DNA from: Planctomycetota bacterium
Lineage (GTDB): Bacteria; Planctomycetota; Phycisphaerae; WQYP01
Direction of reading: 5' to 3'
DNA: 64,000 nucleotides
Assembly (NCBI GenBank): GCA_021852275.1
Contig: JAJZNX010000015.1
Span: 9,316 to 73,315, forward strand
Both the position numbers and the translations under genes were made by a program. How positions within the stretch are numbered: the stretch's first letter is position 1; each line of letters opens with the position of its first letter. Below are positions 47,566 through 56,797 of the stretch, piece after piece. Under the pieces are notes generated by a model. That model was not told where the DNA came from and made no database searches. It saw only the letters and a list, made by a program, of their open reading frames with translations.

Positions 47566-49137
47566 ATGAAAAAAAGCGATGGTGTTGGAATCCACTCCAG
47601 CTACTCATCCCTCGATGGGTGGATAAACCAGCAGCGTTGGCTCATAATACCCACCATGCTGCTGAATCCCATCCTTACCGGCACTGTCTTATTTGTACTT
47701 GGGGCGTGCATCGGCAGCTTTTTGAACGTGATCATCTGGCGATCCGCTTACCTGGGCCAACCGGTAATGTTTGGTGGTAAAACCGCCGGCCTTAGCCTGA
47801 GCTGGCCGCCATCGCATTGTCCGCATTGCAACTGGGCAATTCGCTGGTATCAGAATATACCGGTGTTGGCGTGGGTGTGGCTGCGGGGACGGTGTGCAAA
47901 GTGCCAGGCCAAAATTCCCGTCCGCTATCCGCTGGTGGAACTGGCAACGGGCCTGGCTTTTGTTGCATTGTACGTAGCGTATTTTCATACCGGGTGGGGC
48001 CGCCAGCCGGCGGGCCTGGCCGGTGCCGGGATATGGCACATGGCGGCAGCCATTTTTGGAAACGGTGCAGGCAATCAGCAATTCAGGAGTATGTTCAACG
48101 GTGGCATTACATTGGGGCTGGATCTGCTTTTGGTAGCGGTGCTTTTTGCCGCCTCCGGTATTGACGCAGATTGGTACGAAATTCCCACAGCATTAACGAA
48201 TATTCTTATCGCAGCAGCTTTGCTCACGTCACTGTTTGGTTTACAGCCTGGTTTGCCGGCTCTAAATCCATCCGGTATGGGGGGTCGCATGGCGGTGGGC
48301 GGCACGGCGGGGCTGCTGGTATCGCTGGGTCTGTTATGGCGGGGCGTTTTGCCGCGAAGTTTTTCTCAGGTTGTCTATGTCCCCGCTACGGACACTGCCG
48401 CAGCCGACAGCCATATACCCCAGCGATCCATTGCTCCGATGCCAGGGCCGCAGAAAAGCTGGCCGTCCGTGGTTGGCAGTGTTCTGATTCTGCTGGCGGT
48501 GGCGGCAAGCTGGCTTTGGACCTCCGGCCGCATCGCCGCGCTGCTAACGCTGATTGCGTCGCTGGTGATTTTTCTGCTGGGTGTGCTGCCACGCTCCAGC
48601 GAAGCGCCGGATGAATCCCAGCAGGTGCTGGAAGAATCGGCTGCGCCCAGAGTGCGGGTGGAAATTCTCAAGGAATTGCTTTTTCTAATGCCGCCGGTGG
48701 TGCTGGCACTGGCAGCGGCAATTATGCCATTTTCGCTGCCTCATCCGGAGTGGTTGCAGCGGCTGCTGGGCGTACTGCTGGGGCTGCTTTTTGGTGGCGG
48801 CGTGATATGGCTGACCAGGATTTCAGGCTCGCTGGCGTTTAACAGGGTGGCCATGGGTTTGGGTGACGTGCATCTGATGGCGGCCATCGGCGCGGTGGTG
48901 GGAGCCAAACTGGTGCTGCCCATATTTTTTATGGCTCCGGTGCTGGGATTGCTGTGGGCGATTGTGTTGAGATTTATGGGCAAACGCAATGTGTTGCCTT
49001 ATGGTCCCTGGCTAAGCATGGCCACCATTCTGGCCTTGCTGGTTGGCTGGCCGATAGAGCATTGGTACCTGTTAAAGATATCAGGCTCGTCCACGGCGCC
49101 CGTTACCATTCCGACGCATTGGCCGGGGACACCGTAA
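47566..49137 (+). CDS. pilD: prepilin peptidase / N-methyltransferase (A24 family, PilD-like) with large internal insertion
   Basis: 523 aa. It has the zinc-ribbon N-domain CPHCNWAIRWYQNIPVLAWVWLRGRCAKCQAKI, a first catalytic Asp box SGIDADWYEIP (D200) and a second box GLGDVHLMAAIGAVVG (D434). PYGPWLSMA lies near the C-terminus. Confidence 0.85.
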   Translation: MKKSDGVGIHSSYSSLDGWINQQRWLIIPTMLLNPILTGTVLFVLGACIGSFLNVIIWRSAYLGQPVMFGGKTAGLSLSWPPSHCPHCNWAIRWYQNIPVLAWVWLRGRCAKCQAKIPVRYPLVELATGLAFVALYVAYFHTGWGRQPAGLAGAGIWHMAAAIFGNGAGNQQFRSMFNGGITLGLDLLLVAVLFAASGIDADWYEIPTALTNILIAAALLTSLFGLQPGLPALNPSGMGGRMAVGGTAGLLVSLGLLWRGVLPRSFSQVVYVPATDTAAADSHIPQRSIAPMPGPQKSWPSVVGSVLILLAVAASWLWTSGRIAALLTLIASLVIFLLGVLPRSSEAPDESQQVLEESAAPRVRVEILKELLFLMPPVVLALAAAIMPFSLPHPEWLQRLLGVLLGLLFGGGVIWLTRISGSLAFNRVAMGLGDVHLMAAIGAVVGAKLVLPIFFMAPVLGLLWAIVLRFMGKRNVLPYGPWLSMATILALLVGWPIEHWYLLKISGSSTAPVTIPTHWPGTP

Positions 49138-49192
49138 ACCAGATGGTGCCGCGAGAGAACATTGTCGACCGGCGATTTGCAAAAGAATCTTC

Positions 49193-50794
49193 TTAAGGTT
49201 TGGAATGTGACCTGGCCGGAGGCAAAGGCAGAGCATCCAACAAGGCTGCGGTCTGGCCGGTGAGTTTGGCATAATACCAACCGGCCACAGCGCGAAAGCC
49301 ATCACTGCGGTCCACACTGCCAAGGCATACGTGAGCTAAAAGGGGCACAGCCTGTTTTGCACCTTCGCGGCCCAGAATAATTGCAGCACATTGGGCGATA
49401 CGGCGATCGCGATTATTTAACAGTGACGGAAGCACCGGCAGAATAAGCGGAGAAAAATTATGCTGCCGGCTGCGCAGCATACCGACCAGGACAGCTTCTA
49501 CTATGCCTCGCTGCGGGGATTTCAAAAATCCGGCCAGCAGGTGGCGATCGGCGGGCGTATCGGTCTGTGCCAGTTGCTGCGCAGCCAATACTGCCCGGCC
49601 AAAATCCTGGGTACGATCTCCATCAACAATGGTGGACAATTTCACCAGTGCGGCCAGCAATGCAGTTTTGTGGGCTGCGGTCGGCTCACTGCAATAACTA
49701 AGAACCCAGTTGAGAAATATGGGCTGTCCCTGATTGATCAGGTGTAACAGATCCGGCGTAGGATCTTTTCCAGACGCCGCAATACTGGCGGTTTTAGCAA
49801 TATCGCGGAGCAAGGGCGAACGCGTTTTTTCCAACGGGGTAATATCCGCAGCTTTGATCAGGTGCCCATATTGAATGGCGGCCAGGCCGGCTTCGATGCG
49901 ATCGACCACGCCCCTGGCATCCCGGACGGCCTGACCGAACAGTATCGCACCGGCAGGATCATTCATCTTCAAGAGTGCCCGGATGGCGCTAAGCCTGGTG
50001 TCGAATTCGCTGCGCGGATTTTTGGCAATAAGCTGCAACCATGGAATGGCAGGATGAATTTTTTCGCTGGCAACGCGTAACAGCAATAACCGCTTGATTC
50101 GCCGCATGCGCGGGCTATGGTGGCCGGCCAATTCCGCCAAAACCGCCAGACCTTTGCGAATCTGGACTGGATTACGTGTTTGCAATAACGTAAGGGCGGC
50201 ATAATAACGAACGCTGGGGCGGCTGCTGGCCAGTGTCTGATCAAGTATGGGCAACACCAATTTTGGATGCTTCTTGACCAGCACGGCCGCGGCCATCATG
50301 CGCTGGGCCGGCTCGGGGGCTTTGATCAGGAGATGCTGGAGTTGTGCCGGTGATAATTTTCCGTCCTGCATAGCCTCGGCCAGGGCCGGGGTAATAAGCC
50401 GGGTATCCACATTCGCCAGCAATTTACCCAGGTGCAGAAGCTTGGGATTTTGGGTTACATAATTGGCGTCCACCAGCCCCAGCAGTTGCAACTGGGGGTC
50501 CTTAGAGACACTAAGCCTTAAAAAAAATGGAGCCAAAGCGGGATCGCGCGTGGAGCGCAGATTCAACAGCACCTGGGCACCAGAGCCATTAAAGGTAAAA
50601 GCCTCATTAAAAAACTTTTGGGTTTGCAGAATAACCGGGTCGGCAGTCTTAACAACGGGCGGCAAGGCCTGAGCGAGGCCGCACCACAGCATGGCCCCGG
50701 CCGCAATCAACAGTCGCACAGCCGCGATTCGATTCCACGGCCTGCAAATGATTTTCCGGTCATTTGTTTGGTTGGGTGTTACCAGGATGTTCAC
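49193..50794 (-). CDS. secreted HEAT-repeat protein, unknown function
   Basis: It has HEAT/PBS-lyase-like repeats (SVRYYAALTLLQTRNP, RLSAIRALLKMNDPAGAILF, RRIAQCAAIILGREGAKQAVPLL). A GTG at 50794 is preceded by GGAGA (6-nt spacing) and gives a signal-like start (RKIICRPWNRIAAVRLLIAAGAMLWCGLAQA). The maximal ORF (to 50893) would overlap nrdJ by 10 nt. Confidence 0.45.
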   Translation of the reverse strand: MNILVTPNQTNDRKIICRPWNRIAAVRLLIAAGAMLWCGLAQALPPVVKTADPVILQTQKFFNEAFTFNGSGAQVLLNLRSTRDPALAPFFLRLSVSKDPQLQLLGLVDANYVTQNPKLLHLGKLLANVDTRLITPALAEAMQDGKLSPAQLQHLLIKAPEPAQRMMAAAVLVKKHPKLVLPILDQTLASSRPSVRYYAALTLLQTRNPVQIRKGLAVLAELAGHHSPRMRRIKRLLLLRVASEKIHPAIPWLQLIAKNPRSEFDTRLSAIRALLKMNDPAGAILFGQAVRDARGVVDRIEAGLAAIQYGHLIKAADITPLEKTRSPLLRDIAKTASIAASGKDPTPDLLHLINQGQPIFLNWVLSYCSEPTAAHKTALLAALVKLSTIVDGDRTQDFGRAVLAAQQLAQTDTPADRHLLAGFLKSPQRGIVEAVLVGMLRSRQHNFSPLILPVLPSLLNNRDRRIAQCAAIILGREGAKQAVPLLAHVCLGSVDRSDGFRAVAGWYYAKLTGQTAALLDALPLPPARSHSKP

Positions 50795-50883
50795 GAGCGA
50801 TTCTCCTATAAGCCAAGCAGAGAATTGTCCCCGTGAACCGGCCGCACTGCAACTACCGGCTCCGCAGCAGGCCGGTAGTTGCG

Positions 50884-53800
50884 TTATGAACATCCCATGG
50901 AATTACCACAGTTCAGGCACTTGTAACAACTGCCGTTGCGCACCGTAATGCTGCCGCACGTACACGTCGGCGCATCACCCATCAACGTGGCCATTTGCTG
51001 CGAAAGTACAGCCGCCGCCGTGGTGGCATCTGGAAAGGTAATCCGGGAATTAGAAGCCATCACGTTTGCAGAAACTTGTGCCTGTCCGCCGGCACTGGTT
51101 TTGCCGGCCCCGGAATGGCCATCTTTGGAGCCATGACCGTTGCCATTGCCATGGCCATTTGGGGCATCCATTGCCGATACCGCGGCGGTTGCGATACGGT
51201 TAGCCGTCGCAGCATCCTGCGCCAGTATCTTTTCGTCGCCATTGCCGTTGTCATGGCCGGCACCGTTACCGTCGCGGGAAGCTGGGGTTGAATCGGCAGC
51301 CGGTGCATGATCGCGCTGCGGTGCATTAGCAGCGCGGTACCCTGGCATAAACTGCATGCCCAGCCAACGCACCAGATAATCTATGGGACTTTTGGCAAAG
51401 GGCATATCGGGATTGGCCGTCATACCGGATGGTTCAAAACGCATGTGTTCAAACTTGCGTACGATGGCCTCCAAGGGAACACCGTATTGGAGATTCAAGG
51501 ATACCAATGTAGCAATCGTATCCATCAATCCACCGACAGTGCTGCCCTGCTTGGCCATGGTGATGAACACCTCGCCGGGATTGCCATCTTCAAACAAACC
51601 GCAGGTGAGGTATCCTTCGTGGCTATCAATGCTGAATTTGTGGGTAATGCTGGGCCGGGTGTCAGGCAAGCGCCGGCGCATGGGGCGATAAACCACCTTT
51701 TCCACGACGCGTTCCACGGTGGTTGTCCCGTGTGGGGCGGTGGCTTTAGTGCCCAAAGTTTCGGCACCGCCCACAGGAATGGTTCCGTTACCCAGCAAAC
51801 TCGGAGCAGGGTCACCACAGGCCGCGCATGCGGCGACGGCTTCCACTTTCAGCGCGTCAATTTCCGCATCATCCGCGGCATCATCATCAGCGGTACTGTT
51901 AAGCGGCTGGCTGAGCTTGGACCCATCGCGGTAAAGGGCTACCGCCTTCAACCCCAGCTTCCAGCTTTCGCGGTAGGCTTCCTCAATGTCGCCGATGCTG
52001 ACTTCATTGGGCAAGTTGATGGTTTTACTGATGGCCCCGCTGATAAAGGGCTGGGCCGCCGCCATCATTTTGATGTGCCCGTGATGATGAATGAATCTTT
52101 TACCTTTGCGGCCACAACGGTTGGCGCAATCGAATACGCTCAGGTGTTCTTCTTTCAGATGCGGTGCGCCTTCCACCGTCTGGCAGCCGCAGATAACATC
52201 GTTGGCCTGGCGAATCTGCCGCTTGGTAAACCCCAAGGCCCGCAGCAGATTAAAAGATGGATTACGCCACTGCTCGGCGGTAAATCCGAGACGGGTCATG
52301 GCGGCCTCACCTAAGGAAAAAGGAGAAAAGGCGAAGGCCAGCTCGAAAACCGAAGGGAGGCATGCTTCGATCTTAGCCAGTTCGTCATCCGTGAAGCCCT
52401 TCGCCTTTAGTGTCTCCTGGTTGATAACCTCGCTGCCTTTGAGGGTCAGCGTACCTAACACGTAGGTGAGAATGTCTTTTATCTGTGCGGGTGTGTAGCC
52501 CAGATTTTTCAGGGCCGGCTCAATGGACTGGTTGGCAATTTTGAAATAGCCGCCACCGGCCAGTTTTTTGAATTTCACCAAGGCAAAATCCGGCTCCACG
52601 CCGGTGGTGTCGCAGTCCATCAGCAGACCGATGGTACCGGTGGGCGCAATGACGGTGGTCTGGGCATTGCGGTAACCATGTTGTTCGCCCAGCGTCACGG
52701 CCCGATTCCAGGCTTCCTGGGCGGCTTTGAGCAGCGCTGCGGTGGCGGGTGCGGCACTAAATTGGGCCGCATCAATTTCCACCGGCTTGATTACCAGCTT
52801 CTCATACTGGCCGGCGGCCTGAGCCGCGGCCCGGTGATTGTGCATGACGCGCAGCATATCCTGCCGATTGCGGTGATATCCAGGAAACGGCCCGAGTTCA
52901 CGGGCCATTTCGGCGGAAGCAGCATAACTTTCCGCCGTCATCAATGCCGTGATGGCTCCGCAGATGGCCCGGGCTTTTTCGCTGTCATAGGCAATACCCG
53001 CTACCATCAGCATCGTGCCGATGTTGGCATAACCAAGACCCAGCGTGCGGTATTCGTAGCTTAGACGGGCGATTTCCCGGCTCGGATAGGCCGCCATAAG
53101 CACCGAAATTTCCAGGACCATCGTCCACAGGCGGCACGCATGCTGAAACCCGGCGATGTCAAATTCGCGGCTTTCCGGATTGAAAAATTTCATCAGGTTG
53201 ATGGACGCCAGGTTGCAGGCAGTGTTATCCAGAAACATATATTCGCTGCACGGGTTGCTGGCGTTGATACGGCCGCTTTGCGGACAGGTGTGCCATTCGT
53301 TGATGGTGTCATCATATTGCACGCCGGGGTCCGCACAGCGCCAGGCGGCAAAGGCAATCTGCTGCCACAAGTCGCGGGCTTTCATGGTTTTGTGGAGTTT
53401 TTTGTCGGTGCGACGGATTAAATTCCACGAGCCGTCCTTTTCCACCGCTTCAATAAAGCGATGGGGCACACGCACGGAATTGTTGGAATTCTGGCCGGAA
53501 ACGGTGGCATAGGCTTCACCATTAAAATCATAATCCAGACGAAGGTGCAGCTTTTCCGCGATCTCCCGCTGCTCTTTGGGCAGGTGCTTGACACCTTCTA
53601 CCATGGCCGCAACCTTGATCTCTTCCCGCACTTTCCAGTTGATAAAGTCTTCAATGTCCGGATGATCCAGATCCAGGCAGACCATTTTCGCGGCGCGGCG
53701 GGTGGTGCCGCCCGATTTAATAGCCCCGGCGGCACGGTCGCCAATTTTTAAAAAGCTCATCAGGCCGGAAGATTTTCCGCCACCGGATAGAGCTTCATTT

Positions 53801-54474
53801 TCACCGCGGACCTTGGAAAAGTTGGCTCCGGTGCCGGATCCATACTTAAAAAGCCGGGCTTCGCGTACCCATAAATCCATGATCCCGCCTTCATTGACCA
53901 GATCATCATCGACGCTCTGGATAAAGCAGGCGTGCGGCTGCGGATGGGTGTAGGCGTCGGTGGCCTGTTCCAATTGATGGGACTTGGGATTCACATACCA
54001 ATGACCCTGGGACGGACCAGTCATGCCGTAGGCAAAATTCAGCCCGGTGTTAAACCATTGCGGCGAATTAGGAGCCGCCATTTGATGCAGCAGCATATGG
54101 GCCAGTTCGTCATAAAAACACTGGGCATCTTCGGGCGAATCAAAATAGCCATAATCCCGGCCCCACTGCGTCCAGCATCCCGCCAGGCGATGGACGACCT
54201 GCCGGACCGATTTTTCCGGGCCTTTTTTCTGGCGGCCCTGGTCATCGAGAACCGGGTCTCCGTTGGAATCCACCTGGGGAACCCCGGCTTTGCGGAGGTA
54301 TTTGCTGACCATGATATCCGTGGCCAACTGCGACCAGTCGGCCGGAACTTCAGCGTCTTTCATTTCAAATACCACCGATCCATCCACATTGGTGATGCGG
54401 CTGGAGCGGCGGGAAAATTCTACTGTGGAATAAACATCCGTGCCGGCTCTGGTAAAACGACGGGAAATTTTCAT
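50884..54474 (-). CDS. nrdJ: adenosylcobalamin-dependent (class II) ribonucleotide reductase
   Basis: 1196 aa. The N-terminus is MKISRRFTRAGTDVYSTVEFSRRSSRITNVDGSVVFEMKDAEVPADWSQLATDIMVSKYLRKAG. The core carries NPCSEYMFLDNTACNLASINL (the catalytic Cys/Asn region). The C-terminal Cys-rich tail is CTCGSITVRNGSCYKCLNCGNSMGCS. A Gly/Asn/His low-complexity linker precedes the tail. Confidence 0.92.
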   Translation of the reverse strand: MKISRRFTRAGTDVYSTVEFSRRSSRITNVDGSVVFEMKDAEVPADWSQLATDIMVSKYLRKAGVPQVDSNGDPVLDDQGRQKKGPEKSVRQVVHRLAGCWTQWGRDYGYFDSPEDAQCFYDELAHMLLHQMAAPNSPQWFNTGLNFAYGMTGPSQGHWYVNPKSHQLEQATDAYTHPQPHACFIQSVDDDLVNEGGIMDLWVREARLFKYGSGTGANFSKVRGENEALSGGGKSSGLMSFLKIGDRAAGAIKSGGTTRRAAKMVCLDLDHPDIEDFINWKVREEIKVAAMVEGVKHLPKEQREIAEKLHLRLDYDFNGEAYATVSGQNSNNSVRVPHRFIEAVEKDGSWNLIRRTDKKLHKTMKARDLWQQIAFAAWRCADPGVQYDDTINEWHTCPQSGRINASNPCSEYMFLDNTACNLASINLMKFFNPESREFDIAGFQHACRLWTMVLEISVLMAAYPSREIARLSYEYRTLGLGYANIGTMLMVAGIAYDSEKARAICGAITALMTAESYAASAEMARELGPFPGYHRNRQDMLRVMHNHRAAAQAAGQYEKLVIKPVEIDAAQFSAAPATAALLKAAQEAWNRAVTLGEQHGYRNAQTTVIAPTGTIGLLMDCDTTGVEPDFALVKFKKLAGGGYFKIANQSIEPALKNLGYTPAQIKDILTYVLGTLTLKGSEVINQETLKAKGFTDDELAKIEACLPSVFELAFAFSPFSLGEAAMTRLGFTAEQWRNPSFNLLRALGFTKRQIRQANDVICGCQTVEGAPHLKEEHLSVFDCANRCGRKGKRFIHHHGHIKMMAAAQPFISGAISKTINLPNEVSIGDIEEAYRESWKLGLKAVALYRDGSKLSQPLNSTADDDAADDAEIDALKVEAVAACAACGDPAPSLLGNGTIPVGGAETLGTKATAPHGTTTVERVVEKVVYRPMRRRLPDTRPSITHKFSIDSHEGYLTCGLFEDGNPGEVFITMAKQGSTVGGLMDTIATLVSLNLQYGVPLEAIVRKFEHMRFEPSGMTANPDMPFAKSPIDYLVRWLGMQFMPGYRAANAPQRDHAPAADSTPASRDGNGAGHDNGNGDEKILAQDAATANRIATAAVSAMDAPNGHGNGNGHGSKDGHSGAGKTSAGGQAQVSANVMASNSRITFPDATTAAAVLSQQMATLMGDAPTCTCGSITVRNGSCYKCLNCGNSMGCS

Positions 54475-54509
54475 GGATTGAATCCTTTCACACTAAATCG
54501 CTGACTCAC

Positions 54510-55064
54510 TTAATCCACACGTGGGAGAGTCAACCCGGGTTGATCCTGATATTTACCGCTTTTGTCGGCGTAACTGGTTCGACAAGTCTTTTCGCCGCGG
54601 AGAAAAATGATCTGGGCAATGCCTTCGTTGGCATAGATTTTCGCAGGCAGCGGAGTGGTGTTGGAAATTTCGATGGTGATGCGACCTTTCCATTCCGGCT
54701 CCAGCGGAGTCACATTGACAATAATGCCGCAGCGGGCATAAGTACTTTTGCCCACACAGATCGCCAGCATGTCGCGGGGAATTTCAAAATACTCCACGGT
54801 TTCACAAAGGGCAAAACTGTTGGGTGGAATCAGAACATGGCCCACGGTGCCGGCATCCACATCCACAAAACTTCTGGGAGAAAAGTTTTTCGGATCCACT
54901 ACTTCTGAATTAACATTGGTAAATATCTTAAAGCTGGAACCCACCCGCACATCATAGCCATAGCTGGAAACGCCGTAACTGATTTTGCCTGCCCGTTTCA
55001 CGGCTTGCTCGAACGGCACTATTTTTACCAATTCTTCGATTTGCGTATCGGCCAGAATGCCCAT
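54510..55064 (-). CDS. dcd: dCTP deaminase
   Basis: From the ATG at 55064, with GAAGG SD upstream, the protein reads [13 protein letters not shown]...[15 protein letters not shown]...[32 protein letters not shown], a typical Dcd/dUTPase-fold sequence. The maximal ORF runs to 55103. Confidence 0.9.
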   Translation of the reverse strand: MGILADTQIEELVKIVPFEQAVKRAGKISYGVSSYGYDVRVGSSFKIFTNVNSEVVDPKNFSPRSFVDVDAGTVGHVLIPPNSFALCETVEYFEIPRDMLAICVGKSTYARCGIIVNVTPLEPEWKGRITIEISNTTPLPAKIYANEGIAQIIFLRGEKTCRTSYADKSGKYQDQPGLTLPRVD

Positions 55065-55255
55065 GTTTTTTACCTTCGCTTGATGTTTGGCATTTGTTAG
55101 CATATCTTATTTTCACACACGAGGCAAATTTCGGCTAATGACCGACCCCCGCCTGTTATCATCCATAGCAACTCTCTAGCCATCGTCCGCAACCATCTTA
55201 ACGTGCCGCCGGAATTTGTTTACATTCGTACTGGCGAGCACAAGTGTCAGTCTAC

Positions 55256-55379
55256 CACTACAAATTGTGGTGTCAATCACACTTCACGCTAATTGTTGTG
55301 CAACAGGTTATCCACACTCATAACCCAATTTATTCACAAGACTTGTGGTCCTAAAAAAAAATTACACCACACCTTGTGG
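55256..55379. promoter_or_regulatory. cluster of three CACA..TGTG palindromes (operator candidates, possibly NrdR-type) in the dcd-nrdJ / mutY divergent region
   Basis: Box 1 is CACTACAAATTGTGGTG (55256-55272). Box 2 is CACAAGACTTGTG (55335-55347, perfect 6-bp arms). Box 3 is CCACACCTTGTGG (55367-55379, perfect 5-bp arms). The centres of boxes 2 and 3 are 32 bp apart. Arm spacing differs from the canonical 16-bp NrdR box. Confidence 0.3.
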
Positions 55380-55470
55380 ATGTGACCTTACATGTGCTTA
55401 TGCTCTCGTGTTAAACTTTTTTGATCTTTTTGTAAACCTTTGGTAAAATATTTTTTGGGATTGCATCTCT

Positions 55471-56664
55471 ATGCAAAATAAAGACTTACGAAAAATATCC
55501 CGGACGACATTCGACCCCGCTATGTGGAAAAAAAATTTGGCGATGCTGCATAAATCACTGCCAAACCGCCTGATTTCGTGGTTTTCAGGGCACCAACGAG
55601 AGCTTCCATGGCGACAAACCACCGACCCTTATGCCATCTGGGTATCAGAAATTATGCTCCAGCAGACGCAGGTGGCCACTGTTGTGCCCTATTTTCAGCG
55701 ATTTATGGCCCGTTATCCCACAGTACGTATGCTCGCCGCAGCTCCGCTGGAAGATGTGCTTTCCTTATGGGCCGGCCTGGGTTATTACTCCCGCGCCACC
55801 CGCATGCACCGCTGCGCCGAGTTCATCTGTACGTACTTGAACGGGCGCTTTCCCACAACACGTGACGAACTGATGGTCCTGCCCGGCATTGGCCGGTATA
55901 CCGCCGGCGCTGTTGCCAGCATAGCCTTCGGCCAAAGCGTACCGGTACTGGACGGCAACGTGATACGTGTGCTCACACGATTGCTGGCCATTGCCGACAA
56001 CATCGCCGCCCCTGCAACCCACGCCATGCTCTGGACCATTGCCGGACAGCTCGTCCCGGCCTCCAATCCTGGCACGTATAATCAAGCCGTGATGGAGCTG
56101 GGAGCCACCATTTGCCTGCCGCGCAACCCGCACTGCAGTCGGTGCCCGGTGCGTGGTCTGTGCCAGGCCCGCCGCCTGAACATTCAAGGCGATCTGCCGG
56201 TGAAGACTGCCGCGCGGCAACCCCGGAGGTCTGGTTGCATGACGGTGGTGATCGAGGCCGCCGGGAAATTACTTTTGCTCAAACGCCCGCCCGGTGGGCT
56301 TTGGTCCAGCCTGTGGGAATTTCCGACATTTCACAACTCAACAGGCCGCCACGCTCCACGGAACGCCGCCAGCACGATCCGACGAGCGTTGGGGCTGAAT
56401 GTAAACTCGGTCCAAACCATCGGCTCGCTGACCCACCAACTTACGCATCGCACGTTTGATTATCATATCTTCCTGGCCCGGATGGATGCAGCACCGCAAC
56501 GTGTTGCTCTCCCGGAATGCGATTGCGGGCGCTACCAAGCCTTTGCCTGGGTCAAGGCCATAGCCCAGCGCCCGTGCGGCACGATCACCCGCAAAATTGA
56601 CCGGGCAGTCAAGGCCGTATCAGTTGTGGCTGCCGACGCTCCCAATGATTTAGCAAACCGGTAA
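55471..56664 (+). CDS. mutY: A/G-specific adenine DNA glycosylase
   Basis: 397 aa. It carries LPWRQTTDPYAIWVSEIMLQQTQVATVVPYFQRFMARYPT, the HhH-GPD segment LPGIGRYTAGAVASIAF and the 4Fe-4S loop CLPRNPHCSRCPVRGLC. A C-terminal NUDIX-like domain is present. Confidence 0.9.
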   Translation: MQNKDLRKISRTTFDPAMWKKNLAMLHKSLPNRLISWFSGHQRELPWRQTTDPYAIWVSEIMLQQTQVATVVPYFQRFMARYPTVRMLAAAPLEDVLSLWAGLGYYSRATRMHRCAEFICTYLNGRFPTTRDELMVLPGIGRYTAGAVASIAFGQSVPVLDGNVIRVLTRLLAIADNIAAPATHAMLWTIAGQLVPASNPGTYNQAVMELGATICLPRNPHCSRCPVRGLCQARRLNIQGDLPVKTAARQPRRSGCMTVVIEAAGKLLLLKRPPGGLWSSLWEFPTFHNSTGRHAPRNAASTIRRALGLNVNSVQTIGSLTHQLTHRTFDYHIFLARMDAAPQRVALPECDCGRYQAFAWVKAIAQRPCGTITRKIDRAVKAVSVVAADAPNDLANR

Positions 56665-56797
56665 TGCCCGAAAGAAGCCCTCGTTGCCGAGATCGCCACG
56701 CGGTCCTGCCGCAGCCTTGGCGGTTGCCCCGGAGGTGGCAAAGATCACGCGACCGCCCCACGCTGCTGCTGGCACGCCGATTCAGCTTGTCGGCCGT

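Noticed and set aside
51307-52314. A 335-aa ORF on the plus strand, together with many shorter ORFs between 50.9 and 54.5 kb.
   Set aside because: These are antisense shadows inside nrdJ. They have no motifs and a low-complexity Gly/His/Ala-rich translation.
50884-54474. An intein or other insertion as an explanation for the large size of NrdJ.
   Set aside because: No intein splice-junction blocks (Cys/Ser ... HN-Cys/Ser/Thr) or endonuclease motifs were seen. The extra length is an N-terminal domain plus a low-complexity C-terminal linker.
55104-55255. A possible cobalamin riboswitch or other leader RNA in the dcd-nrdJ 5' region.
   Set aside because: No B12-box (GCCACTG-like) or conserved riboswitch core was visible. 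Only the palindromes reported separately stand out.
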